Assembly (NCBI GenBank): GCA_965285935.1
Contig: OZ260661.1
Span: forward strand, 62,434,001-62,498,000
Direction: 5' to 3'
DNA: 64,000 bases
From: Ophelia neglecta
Lineage: Eukaryota
Each line of letters begins with the position of its first letter. The first letter of the stretch is position 1. Position numbers and translations under genes: made by a program. The notes beneath the pieces are model-generated. The model did not search any database. It was given only the letters and a program-made list of their open reading frames with translations, and was not told the DNA's origin. Of the stretch, positions 49,173-61,215 are shown piece by piece.

Positions 49173-52100
49173 TCAGCATGGTATTTCGCATTGCAGACAA
49201 CATCTTATTCCAACGTGCACTGCTTGAAGTTGAAACGACACATCTGGAAAGAAATTGATTTCTATTATATATTGTTTATTATCAGGGAAGCTTTTGTTTG
49301 ATTCGCTACTTGTGATACAAACTATGAATCCGGGTGCTGAGGTGAAGTCAAAATGGGACTAGATTTCAACGATACATATATTGTCTCATGCAACAATAAA
49401 TGACATTTCAACAAATACATATACACTTTTTTAGATGTAAACATGAGGCAAAAGCTGGGCAAAAATGGATTTTAATTTCACATTATGACAACAGGGATGA
49501 TAACGAGTTGTCCATTGTTTGATGACACTATGTAAATGTTCCTAGCATATGGCCACAGTAGTGCAAAAATGGCCAAAAATGAACTTCTTGGTCGAAAATG
49601 GTTTAGGCGCAGTTATCATTTTGTTGGCCATTTTGATTTTAAATCTTTTGTTATTGAGGCCATATTTCATTTTCAATTGATGCAAAACTAACAAAATCGT
49701 AGATATATCATAGGAAATAAGGTTTATGTTTGTTTGGATCACAACCGAAACCTTCCTCTGAAACATCCAAACAAAACTTACCGAAATATAATCAAACTAG
49801 CATGTTTATTAATTGAATTGACCAATCTAATAAGTTTAAAACTATGACATTCTCAAAAGTATGTAAAGTCACGTATGTAATTTGTGCATAACTGTGACGA
49901 TATGTGGCGTTTAGAGATTTGTGGCATTTAGAAGAGTTTGTGCCTTCTGTCTAAATTTAACAAATGACGCGTAGCCGTGGTGTCCAAATTAATGTCATGG
50001 ACGTTCCATGTTAAAACGGGCATTTGCCAAATTCTCACACAAGTATTCCAGATTATCCACAGAAGAATAACCGAGTCTTGAGGCCTTGTGGAGCCATATA
50101 AGGATTCCTTTAGGCTGAAGGAGTCAAAAAACAATCAAAGAATCGCAAGTCCCGTCCTTTGAACACATACGCAGTGGCTTTCAGTAATTATTTCTGCTCA
50201 TCCCAGTGCTAGGGACATACACATCTGATGCATATGTATTGTAATGATGTAGCATCTTCTGATGCAGATGCCCGAGTTCGGTCACAATAAAGCGTGATTT
50301 GTTCAATTTCCAGATTCTAACGCTTATTGCACTTTCGAGGAGGAATGATACCATTTAACTCTTTAGCATGCAGGATCCATTTACCTCCTAAAATAGTTAG
50401 CAAGTTTTCAAAATTGGCATAACGGTCTGTGTATATATGTGTGTGTATTTTGCTTAGATCAAACCGGGCCTAAACAAAAGTTGTCTGCCTTACATCAATA
50501 GACATAAAAATATTTTACTAGATGAGAGTGTCCCGACAAAACCTACCGAGATGTAGTTCTAATGTCCAAATCCAAAAGTGTGTCAGCAGGGGATTGTTAG
50601 TATAATGATTTATCATATTTGAAAACAAAAGTATCTTATCTTATACCTAATAAGGATTTATTCATGGGTTGAAGCAACTGGCGAATCTGTAAATCATTGT
50701 TTCGATGCGTCTCAATTAAGCCTTTCTTGGTCTTCTTTTTATTCTTATAGGTGCTAAAATGATCTAAAGAAGAAAAAAAACATTTTAAAACCAAAAATAT
50801 CAAAGAGGCTTCCTGAACAAACTGTTTCCTATGTTAATAACAATACAATTGCAGTAATTAAAATAACTTGAACAGAACACAAGTTATTAATCGAATTTTC
50901 AACTGGCAATCAGCTTATCTAAAAAGAAAGGACATTCCTCAAAATACAATGCTTTAGAAACCCTTCCCAAATGACGTTATTATAAAATGTCACATCCTAC
51001 CAACTTCTTCTGACTATCCTACCAATCCGCAGGTCAGAAACATAAACATTTCGCAGGATTTATTATGAATAGGCCGTTACTGTTTACGGGTAGAATTATG
51101 ACACCTTGGGCAGTCAATACGACTATTTCCCTGAACCATTCACCAATAGGAGTATAGTGCCATCTATTGCAATGATTTGCTTTTGTACAGAATTTAGTTT
51201 TAAGCTCTTCACCACACTCTTTGGTTAAGTTATCCCGGTATACTTTTCTCGCTTTTTTCTTTTTCTTAAATTCATTCGCAGCTGTTTAATGGAATATTCT
51301 ATATTAACGACTTTAGTTTGTCTGCCGGGCACCTACTTCGGTTTTTAAGTCAAATACTAATTTAATACAAATAATATCAGTACAAAATACCATTTGTTGG
51401 CCATAGAGCCGGTGCTAATTCTTGCCTCAGCATGTCCCCCGGTGTTCCGTCCGTGGCCCGCACACATATATATCCGGCAACTCCTCCCCCTCCATGTCCA
51501 CAAGAGCCTTTATCGACCGACCATGTCGGGGTGATAGACAGCGACCGACAATATCGCCCTCCGGAAGTCTCATTGCTGTATGCCCACACCCTCCAAGGCG
51601 CTGTTGCAGACGGCGAACTGAAAGAAAGGGTATTACAATTTGCAATGTTTTACAATTAAAAGGGGAATCTATGTCCCTTTCACGGAAAATATGAAGGCTA
51701 ACTAATCAGAACATTTTATCATTAATTATGATAAACAACACTTAAAACAATAATGTAGAAAAACAGCTTTATGAAAGTAATTTTTTCATGAAGGGGATAT
51801 TTGAAATTGATAAATTTTATGCGGTCTATGGGCACCCTTGTCTAAATCAGAACAATACATGGTTTATAAGGCTGTGACGTGTAAGCTTTTCTCAGCTTGA
51901 GACATATCAAGTTAGCATCATCGTTCTCTGACATCGCATTATGCTCCGAGACGTATGACCAAATATGAATGCTGAGGCATGGTTTTCAAACATGGCCATT
52001 CAAAGAAACGCCCTTAGGAACTTAACATCTTTGGCGGTGAAGAGGAAATTTATATTAAAGAATTAATGATACAACAAATAATTATTAATTAATACACTCA

Positions 52101-53044
52101 CTTTAAAATGTATGCATATATAAATGTAATCATAGGATGTAAGTTATACTAGACACTACATTCTAATAAAACGACGTGAATTGATACCCGGCCAGATAGG
52201 GCAATTATATGGTAACCTACCCGATTCGATTCACAAAGAAATCTTTAAGAAGATTCTCCGATGGGCTATACAGAAGATCACCACCCTCTGACCCACACTC
52301 ATCTCTGGCCTGCCTCCAGTTAATCCGAATATTCCGCACATATTTGTATTGGAACGTTCTTGCCAGAGCAGTGGCTTCATCCGGACCAGTCAGCCATATG
52401 TTCCAATTAGAGGCAGTGTCTACAGAACATGTAAAACTAAAGACCTCACAGATTGTCTTCACAATGGACTGGTTCTATAGGTGATCTAGGTGTTGATGTT
52501 GGCATAGCAATTTAACAAAATGTGTTATGTTGACTTTCTACTGTTTATAAAGGAATTGAGACTGTAATTTTCAATCTATATGTCTATTACAACTATATGT
52601 AGACTCACTGCAAAAGGAATGACACCTTTTACGATCTGATCACATTTTATTTTTTGAAGATATTTTCTGTTGCCAAATTCAAGAGGGAATGTCGGGAGTA
52701 AATTTGAAAAGGCGCCTTTAACAGCAACCTCTAATTTAAGTGAAGGTATCTTTAGGGGCCTGTGATCAATGAATGTTTCGGAGACCTAATTTGCCGCTAA
52801 TTGACCTACATAATCATCAAATCTCCGATCGGAATAATACCGCTCCCAGCAAATCATCGTTTTTTAAAATAAAATCAAACGCCTTTCGTAAAGGTGTGTA
52901 ATAGTATGTCACTATTTTTTTTACCAACACAATGATTTTCTTCCTTTGTGAATTAAAGTGGTTATATAAAGCATGAGAAAAAGGACACTCACACGACCCA
53001 ACAAAATGGAGCAGCAAGCAGATGAAGCTAACCTTAATGTGCAT
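49173..53044 (-). CDS. Secreted divergent C-type-lectin-like protein with Cys-rich C-terminus, paralogue A (182 aa)
   Basis: Exons 53044-52993 (signal peptide), 52419-52221 (NWRQARDECGSEGGDLL), 51617-51391 (WRVW…YCRSL…WSVDKGSC…YICVR), 49243-49173 (DVSFQLQAVHVGIRCCLQCEIPC*). Confidence 0.75.
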
Positions 53045-55936
53045 CCTGGGTTATCTGGGTGGTCTGAAAGAGTGAACTTGGTGCCAAGTGAATGCACTCT
53101 GAATGCTACATAATTACAGAAACTGCTTATCCACCAACATTATCAACTCAATACGAATAAACTGTCGGGATTCTAAGAATGAAAATCGACATTAAATGTA
53201 GCAGTTTATATTCTATGCTAATAGATAGGCATTGGTCCATATATGCATACTCAAAAGTGGTAACGACGAGGTACAATTGAACTTGGCATATAACTGAGTG
53301 CGAAAAGATGTACTTACGTCTAAAAGCATGTCTCCTGATAAACTAAGTTGAGCGACTCTTCTATAATATATACATGTAGACTATGTGTAAGGGGCTCTGG
53401 TGTCAGCGCTATAGGGCCCGTCATTTTGTTTACCAATGATCGCCAGTGTCAAGGATACAGGGATGAGTAATGAAATAATAAAAATACCATGGCAACTGTG
53501 GCAATCGGCAAACACTGCTGCAAAGTACATGATGACTTACACCTAGTTTTCTTTACATTTCGTAGCGTAACTATGCGACGCCATATAATATATGATGGGG
53601 CGAACTTGTATTGAGTCATGTATCATTCGACAGAACTATGTTTTCAATTTAAAACATACCAGAATTAAAGTATTTACTGCCCTGGTTCCAAAGAAGAAAA
53701 ATACATTTCTTCTTCGGGTTATCTTTTGGCATGCTCTGATGGCTCTTTTCGCATCAAATCAAGTATTGCTGTTATAAATATTTGGCTACAATTGACCAGC
53801 TCTGTACAGTCTCATATATACTACATTTCAGAGTTATTTTGTTATTGTACAACTGATTTATGCCACAATTTACTGGTTATTTTTGTTTTTTTTCGCACGC
53901 GTCTAGCCGATAACGGGGGACGAAAACACAAAGTGAGAGATTTAAACTTCGAGAACATTCGCTACGGCAAAACACTGCAAGAAGTTTTTCGGTTAACCAA
54001 AAAAGTAGATTGTGAGGTTAACTACACTAATTGACATGAACAATCCCTGCCTACATATAAATATTGCAACTATTAGAAACGCTCGGACACTCCCAAATTG
54101 GCCAATTATCTAGAACAGTGGGCGAACGTGTGGGCGTCCGGCAATAAGGCTATTTGTTTCAATAATCGGCACAGATAAGCTGATGAATAATTTTGTCCAA
54201 TCCGTTTATTGGTTTGATATTATTCAGTGTTTACATAAGAAGAAATGGCAGTACATAATTCGAAAATGGTAGTATTTCTAGACAAATGAAAACCTGTTGG
54301 CTGAGGTGAGCCAACATTTATTACATATTAACCATTTTGATTTGAATACATGGCGCATATTTTCGGTCTTAAATTCAAGATTGTACAGTTAACACCAACT
54401 GGTTGAAAGATGTAAATGGAAAAGCAAGTCGTATTCCTATCTGATTTATTGTACGAAGTAGATAACATTCAGGGAAGGCTAAACAGAGAGTTATATTAGG
54501 TATGACATATAACTATGAATGTCCAACTGTATTGATCATACGAAAAACACGTAAAGAACATCCTAAAGTTACTGTTGATGTGCTGACGGTTTTAGATGAA
54601 TATCTGTTGGTGATTCTATATTCATTAATAGTAATCCGATGATTTACCATTTACTGAAGATTAGGTAGTCAAAAGAACAATTGTACAATAATTAAATTTA
54701 CAATAAAAAAACCCGACAAGACGAAGGCTAAATATTCGGCTAGTAGCTGTACATACCTAAATGTTAATTTTTCCCTGACGGTACCGATTTGCAAACTGTA
54801 AACTGCTTGTGTTATATGGGTGTCCTCAATGCCAGAGGATCATGGCACGATCATAACAAAGAAGTAATTGCAAAGGCAAAAAAATCAATATATTTATTCG
54901 ACAAATACTCGTATATGTATATCTTTCGGTGGAAAGATGTAAGTAAATACCTTCCTTTCATAGCATGTGAGCGATCAGGTTACAAGTTGCAAGTTATAGC
55001 TGAAGATAGAGTCTAGTATTATTAACAGAAAGTGAGATGCATGTAGTGTATAAGGGTGATATATATTCAACACTTCGAGGACATATATAACTTTCCAAAT
55101 GGTAACTTCGGAAAGGCAGGTGGCGGTTAGTTTTGGGTGGTTGTAGTTAAAGGCTTTTACTCACACCTGCATACACCATCCACTAACTCGCATGCACTGT
55201 ATGTCTGTTGCCTACCTTTTGTAAGAAATATGGTGAATTATATCCTAAAAACCCTAATCTCATATCGTAAAAATGTTCCGTACTCTGGCAATATTTGCAA
55301 TTCAAACAATAAAACCAAACTAAACAACACAATACTTATTTACTATCAAATGCACTTTGCGCAATATTCGACCTGTCCATCGTTCTTTTGTTATCAGCAA
55401 ATTAATACACATTAAAACACTAGTTAACATATTCTTTTGTCAGACTGTCTTCGCTGATATAAAATTGTGATGTACTCACACGTTGAAAATTATACCAACA
55501 TCGTTTCGTGGTTAGACAGGACACATTTGTTTATTGAATCTAAGTTACAAGCAAATAGCTGCTAACATACCTTGACCTTTGTTAAAATAATTTTTCGCAA
55601 GGGTGGAGCCAGTAAGGACCCTTAAATAAGAGGCCTATGACGACCAGTTTGATAATCTGCCTTACTGTGTCGTCGTGTTTAGTTTTTTTTATCTATTCCA
55701 TTTACATATCAAGCAATGGCAGTTACTTTGGTAGGTACAACCGACATATCCTGCTGATATCAGAAGCGAACTGGAGATTTTAAAATTTTCGAAAATATAA
55801 GAGACTATAAGAAACTTTGGGTGGATAAGGGCACCAGATAGTAACGTTAGTATGGATGCATTTATTTATAAGTCCTATTGTATAATCATAGATTTAAATT
55901 ACACTGGTTGACCTAGTAGTGCAACCATTTAGTTTG

Positions 55937-58662
55937 TCAGCATGGTATCTCGCACTGAACACAGCATGTTATCCCAACATGAACTGCTCGAAGTCGAATC
56001 ACCTCCTCTGGAAAAAAGTGTATTTGAGTTAAACATACTGGAAACTTGAATTAAAAGTTTAATGTGTAAATAAGCTCTCACATAATGCCTAAACATAAAA
56101 ACCAATTGTTAATTATGTCAAGCACAATGGTTAAGCTTACGAGGGTTAAGAGTAACGTGACCACGTGTCCCACAAGGAACTAAAATCAGCTGTAAGTCGT
56201 ATTTTTCGGATGCGTTCAAGCAAAAGAATAATTTGTAGGTGAAAAAATATGTCGAAGTGAGATAAAAATAGAATTGCTAATTATTAATTTCAATTTTTTA
56301 TGTTTTTGATATGGATCCAAGTTATGAAAATATCAAACTAAATAAAAGTGCCAACAGGAGATTAGGTCGGACACATTTTACTTAATCCAATGTCATGGGG
56401 CGTCAAATTTATTATGAACGAATTTAGCAGCCCTTGAAACTAACTTTTTGGTTAAGGAGACTTGGGCATTTTTTTAGTGGACAAGGCCTATGTATAAAGC
56501 TATAAAAGTGAGTAGACTGGTGAAATTATTTTAGTAGATTCAGTTTGCCAGTCGCACGTTAGTCTCAAAGGCTATTGTAGTAATAAAATGTTGTACTTGT
56601 ATTACATACCCGTGGGTGGAACTAAGGCCAGTTCCTCCCTTAGCTCGTTACCTGGTGTTCCGTCCGTGGCCCGCACACATATATATCCGTCCACCCCTCC
56701 CCTTCCAAGGCCACAGGATAATCTCACCACTGACCACGTAGGGATGATCTCCAAGGTGCGACAAGAACGGCCATTAGACGACTCATCACTGTAAGCCCAC
56801 ACCCTCCACCGCTCCGTCCCAGAAGGGGAACTAGAAAGAACACAACAATGATAGCACTGGTATCAAAGGAAGAAAAAACCCTTTCCACCCCAATATAATA
56901 ATTAAGTAAGGTATAGTTAAAGACCTTTGTTGTTCGTTGACGTGTCGAACGTTATCTATTTTTGGCAATCCAATCAGATCAAACATGTTTTGGTATGCAT
57001 CTCAAACAAAATCTTAAAAACGTCAGCATTTTGCGATCAAAACACCAATAAGACCACAATGAAACAAGCTTTGATGATACAACCAAGTGAGCCATAAAGG
57101 GGAATCGTAAGAAAAAAACAGTTCTCTCACTTAAAAGCGCATTTTTAATGGGTTTTTCTTTCTTATTTCTGTGGTAATATGCGCGCCCTTAGAAAACCTT
57201 CGACCAAGCTAAGTTTTTTCCCTTTTAAAACTGTTCATTCTCTTATGAATAAGTACCGTACAGTAATATTATATTTGTGTAAGCAGGGAAAATACCTACC
57301 CAATTTGATTAACAAAGAAATCTCTCAAAAGAGTTTCAGATGGACTAAAAAGTAAATCGGCCCCCTCTGCTACGCACGCATCTCTGGCCCTCCTCCAGTT
57401 CAAACGGGTATTCCGCACAAATTTATATTCGAACGTTCTTCCCAGTGCGGTAGCTCCTTCCGGGCCAGTCAGCCATACGTCCCAGTTAGAAGCAGCTACA
57501 GAAATAAAAAAAACACGCATCGATTACACTGGTGCAAAGAAGGTATATATTCTACATTCAAAGGCACAATTGGCGCCGAATTTAAAAATAAAATAAGGTA
57601 CATTTGCTTTAGCTTTAAAGAATTACGGAGATTCAGGCATGCAGAACATAATGAATGAACATTTTATATAATAGACCCGTTGTCTTTACGTCTTCAAATA
57701 ACCCAAGGTGCCAAGCAGCTTCCTTAACTATATTGTAAATTAACTTTATTTTAACATATTCATTTATCAATATTATGAAAAATTGGAAGTGATAACCTAT
57801 AACTTTATAATGAAAGTTTAGCTCGTTCATATTACTGTTTTACTTTCATTTTTGACCTTTTAAACAACAAATTTGTACTTTTCAAGAGCATCCCATTATT
57901 TTCAGTTTTTTCATCCTTAGAGTGATACCGGATAAAGCGAGCAGTTTCTCAAACATATAAGCCTAAAAACATGTTGTCTTAAAATGTACACGTTTATCAA
58001 TCGTTCAATTGACGTAAGGACTTTCTTTCCTCGGTCATAGGCTTACTAGATATAATACATCAAATGGATGCCGAATGGGGGCAAGACGTAATTAGAAGGC
58101 TCCAAACTTAATATTCCATCGTTAAAATAACTATTATGCAACCATTTATTTTGTATTAATTATCACCGATCCGCTCACAGGCGCATTACAATAACACTCA
58201 CAGATATTCATATAGGGCTGGCCTATATCACGCCGAACTACAGAATCAGTCAGTAAAACAATAAAATATATATAATAATGGCAAACAGTTTCATAAAATT
58301 CCAGTTTCGTACACGACAAAAAGAGCGTAGTCGAATGGTCCTATTCATAACACCTTTTTAACAGAGCGGTTTGAAGAATAGGAAAAGCGATGGTATACAT
58401 ATTAAGGAGATACAGATAAGTTTATGGTCTGTGTATTCTCTAAACTATTAATGGAAAGTGGAAATTACGTTTTAATTATAGCGTTTTTAATCTAAAATAA
58501 CCTTAGCTGAATCTATGTAATATGGTAGCCCTATTTTTGTTTTCTAACATACATCAACTTGGCTTATCTCTTTAAACGAATGTGTTACTGACAAAGCGGA
58601 TACTCACATGACCCTGCCAAATGTAAGAACAAAGAGACGACAAACAGGTTAGCTGAGTACAT
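55937..58662 (-). CDS. Secreted divergent C-type-lectin-like protein with Cys-rich C-terminus, paralogue B (180 aa)
   Basis: Exons 58662-58608 (MYSANLFVVSLFLHLAGS), 57495-57300, 56830-56610, 56007-55937 (EEVIRLRAVHVGITCCVQCEIPC*). Same intron phases (1,2,1) as paralogue A. Confidence 0.75.
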
Positions 58663-59070
58663 CCTGGTTAATCTGAATCTGAACGAATAAAGTCCAGGCC
58701 ATAAACGAATAGCAGTTTACATGGGGCAACACAAAACAACAAGTAATCAAGACTAGTTAAATTAATTAAGTTCATGAATATCATAATTAGACGTGAATTT
58801 TGCTCTATTCGTGTATACATGCATTTGTTTGTGTAAGTGTGTGTGTATGACAGCGGAGTATTGAGCAGTGTCTCTCGCATAACAGTGTTGGATCCAAATT
58901 ATTTTACTAGCGGGTACAACAAAATATACTTACATGATAAAAAGGTGACCTTTGGTGAAATACGTCTGGAGACCGAGGGAAATGTAAGCGATGTGATAGC
59001 TGCTGGTGTCTTTTGTAACAAGATCCGTCTAATCATTTAATGTACGAGGATATTGAGACCCCTAGTTAAC

Positions 59071-59710
59071 ACTGGTGGATCTAGGAATTCATAACTGAGG
59101 GGGTCCGCCTTCAAATGGAGTGGAGTGTGTGGTGTAGATTTCCCCTCCCAGATGACGGTCTGAAGACTATGAAAGCTGATATCCACCTCACAGCTTCAAT
59201 GTCCCCTCTAAGATGCTAGATGGCGGCCTGAAGGCTCTGATAGCTGATTCCAACTCACACCTTCAATGTCCTCACCCAGACGGCGGTCTGATTAAGGCTC
59301 TGAGAGCTGGTCCCTGGTCACTCATTAAATGTTCCCTTCCAGCTGGCTGCCTGAAGGCTCCGAGAGCTGATTCCGCCATCACATCTTTGAATTCGTCTCC
59401 CATGTGGCAGCCTGGAGATTCTGAGAGTTGGTTTCTACCTAACACCTTCGATTCCCACTCCCAGGTGTCGGTCTGAAGGGTCTGAGAACTGATTCCCACC
59501 TCATTTCTTCGATGCCACCTCCCAGATGGCGGTCTGATAGCTCCGAGAGCTGATTCCCATCCCACACCTTTAAAGTCTCAACCCTGATATCGGTCTGAAG
59601 GCTCTGGGAGGTGATTCCCACCCCATACCTGCGAGACACTCACGCGGGCAACTTTAAACAATACAATAATGGACCGGACTGGTGTTTCCCGCTTCTCTAA
59701 ATCCGCCAGT
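59071..59710. mobile_element. MITE-like element with TIRs enclosing an ~61-bp minisatellite
   Basis: ACTGGTGGATCTAG (59071-84) vs CTAAATCCGCCAGT (59697-710), a 12/14 inverted match. Eight diverged units inside. Confidence 0.55.
59148..59635. repeat. Minisatellite, 8 units of ~60-68 bp
   Basis: Core ccagatggcggtctgaaggctctgagagctgattcccac recurs near 59148, 59216, 59276, 59339, 59399, 59462, 59522 and 59583. Confidence 0.85.
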
Positions 59711-59843
59711 CATTGGCTAATGAAATAGGACCGAGTGAACAAGTCATCGCTACTGTGGAAATATTAATGGGCAAACTTTGCTTTCATTGAGATGTAGAAT
59801 ATGATAGAGGATATCAAATTGTCGGTCGACTAGTACTGTTATT

Positions 59844-59939
59844 GGGGCCCGTATCATAAACCCACCTCACTAAACTCACAAGACTAAGTGACCTATACAC
59901 TTGCTTATGAACTTACAATGGTTTTATGAAACGGACCCC
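59844..59939. mobile_element. Small (~96 bp) MITE
   Basis: TIRs ggggcccgtatcataaac / gttttatgaaacggacccc. Confidence 0.5.
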
Positions 59940-61215
59940 CTTGGCCCTACATGATGGAGAGAAATCGTGAGAAGCGTGCGCGATCGAATATTACGAGGGA
60001 CTGCTTCTTCTTACCCTGATTGTCGCAAGTTGTAAACTATGATATCTAGTTTCAAGTCCGTCGGTAAAACCGGCTGGTTTAGCTGTTTTTTGGCCTTCCG
60101 ATCACTTGCCCTTAGATTCATTTTTTCTTCAGCGATGATTTGCTACTAGCGGTTCACTTTTTATTGTCAATTGCACCCAATGCCCCTATATAGATTAAAA
60201 AAACACTGTATATCTACATTTATTTTGATCTCTTCCTGACTGTCAATATGACAGCTTTGTGCCTGGCATCATAGTTGACAAATGCAAGATTAGTTTAGCC
60301 ATGGCGATTCATTAATTTTTCAATACACCATCACAATGTAATGTAGACATGTTTCCGAAAATTTTAGTCATAAAAATTGTAATTTCATTTAAGACTATTA
60401 TTTGACTAGTCAATGGCTTCTATTCCACAGTTGAAGTTGAAAGTAAATCTCCAAGAGACCTTTTTGTACAATTAGCTGCACTCCGTGTCTCCGTGCATAC
60501 ATTGTACTTAACTTGAAAGACAATTTATAACTGACAATTGACTAAATAAATGCACAGCCATTTTTATTCCTTATAGTCAGATGCACCAAGAAATATGTCA
60601 ACGTATACTAAAAACAGTGTTTGGGTAAAACAACACAGTCTGATATGGCTGAATGTGTTACACGCAATTGCAAATATTCCTTAAATGTACACTCTCATGA
60701 TTACATGATTTATCAATTTTTGGATATAACTTGGGGGAATTTCATTATTAAATGAATCGTCCACATTGATTAACAGTATAACATGAATTAGTTAACTTTT
60801 GCACCGGTTATATATTTTATCAATACGAAATTATCACCATTGGGGATATGATAGGCTTACAATGTACATGTATATATTATTATATAAATATATATGCACA
60901 TTCAATTCATTAAAGTGAATTAAATCACTGCGTTTTTGGCATGTTTAAGACCCTAAATATGCATCTTAATAATTTGGTGATATTATACTAAACTCTTTAT
61001 GTTATATAGATATCTTAGAAAACATGACATTGATTAGCATTGGCCATGCCAGCTGCCGGCCATTAAAGCAGTCTGTTTATAAGATTTTTAAATGACGCAT
61101 TATTTTTTCTATGGGTGTGCACATTTCCCTTAGAGCTTGGCTGTCTTAGTTGTCAATTTTTGGTAGTGGATGTGGTTTCTTGGGGAGGGTCTTCGGCTCG
61201 GGTTTTTTACCCCGT

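Noticed and set aside
59148-59635. CRISPR-like array, or coding repeats in ORFs 59213-59639
   Set aside because: Whole units are homologous with no unique spacers, no cas genes and a eukaryotic context; unit lengths do not preserve frame.
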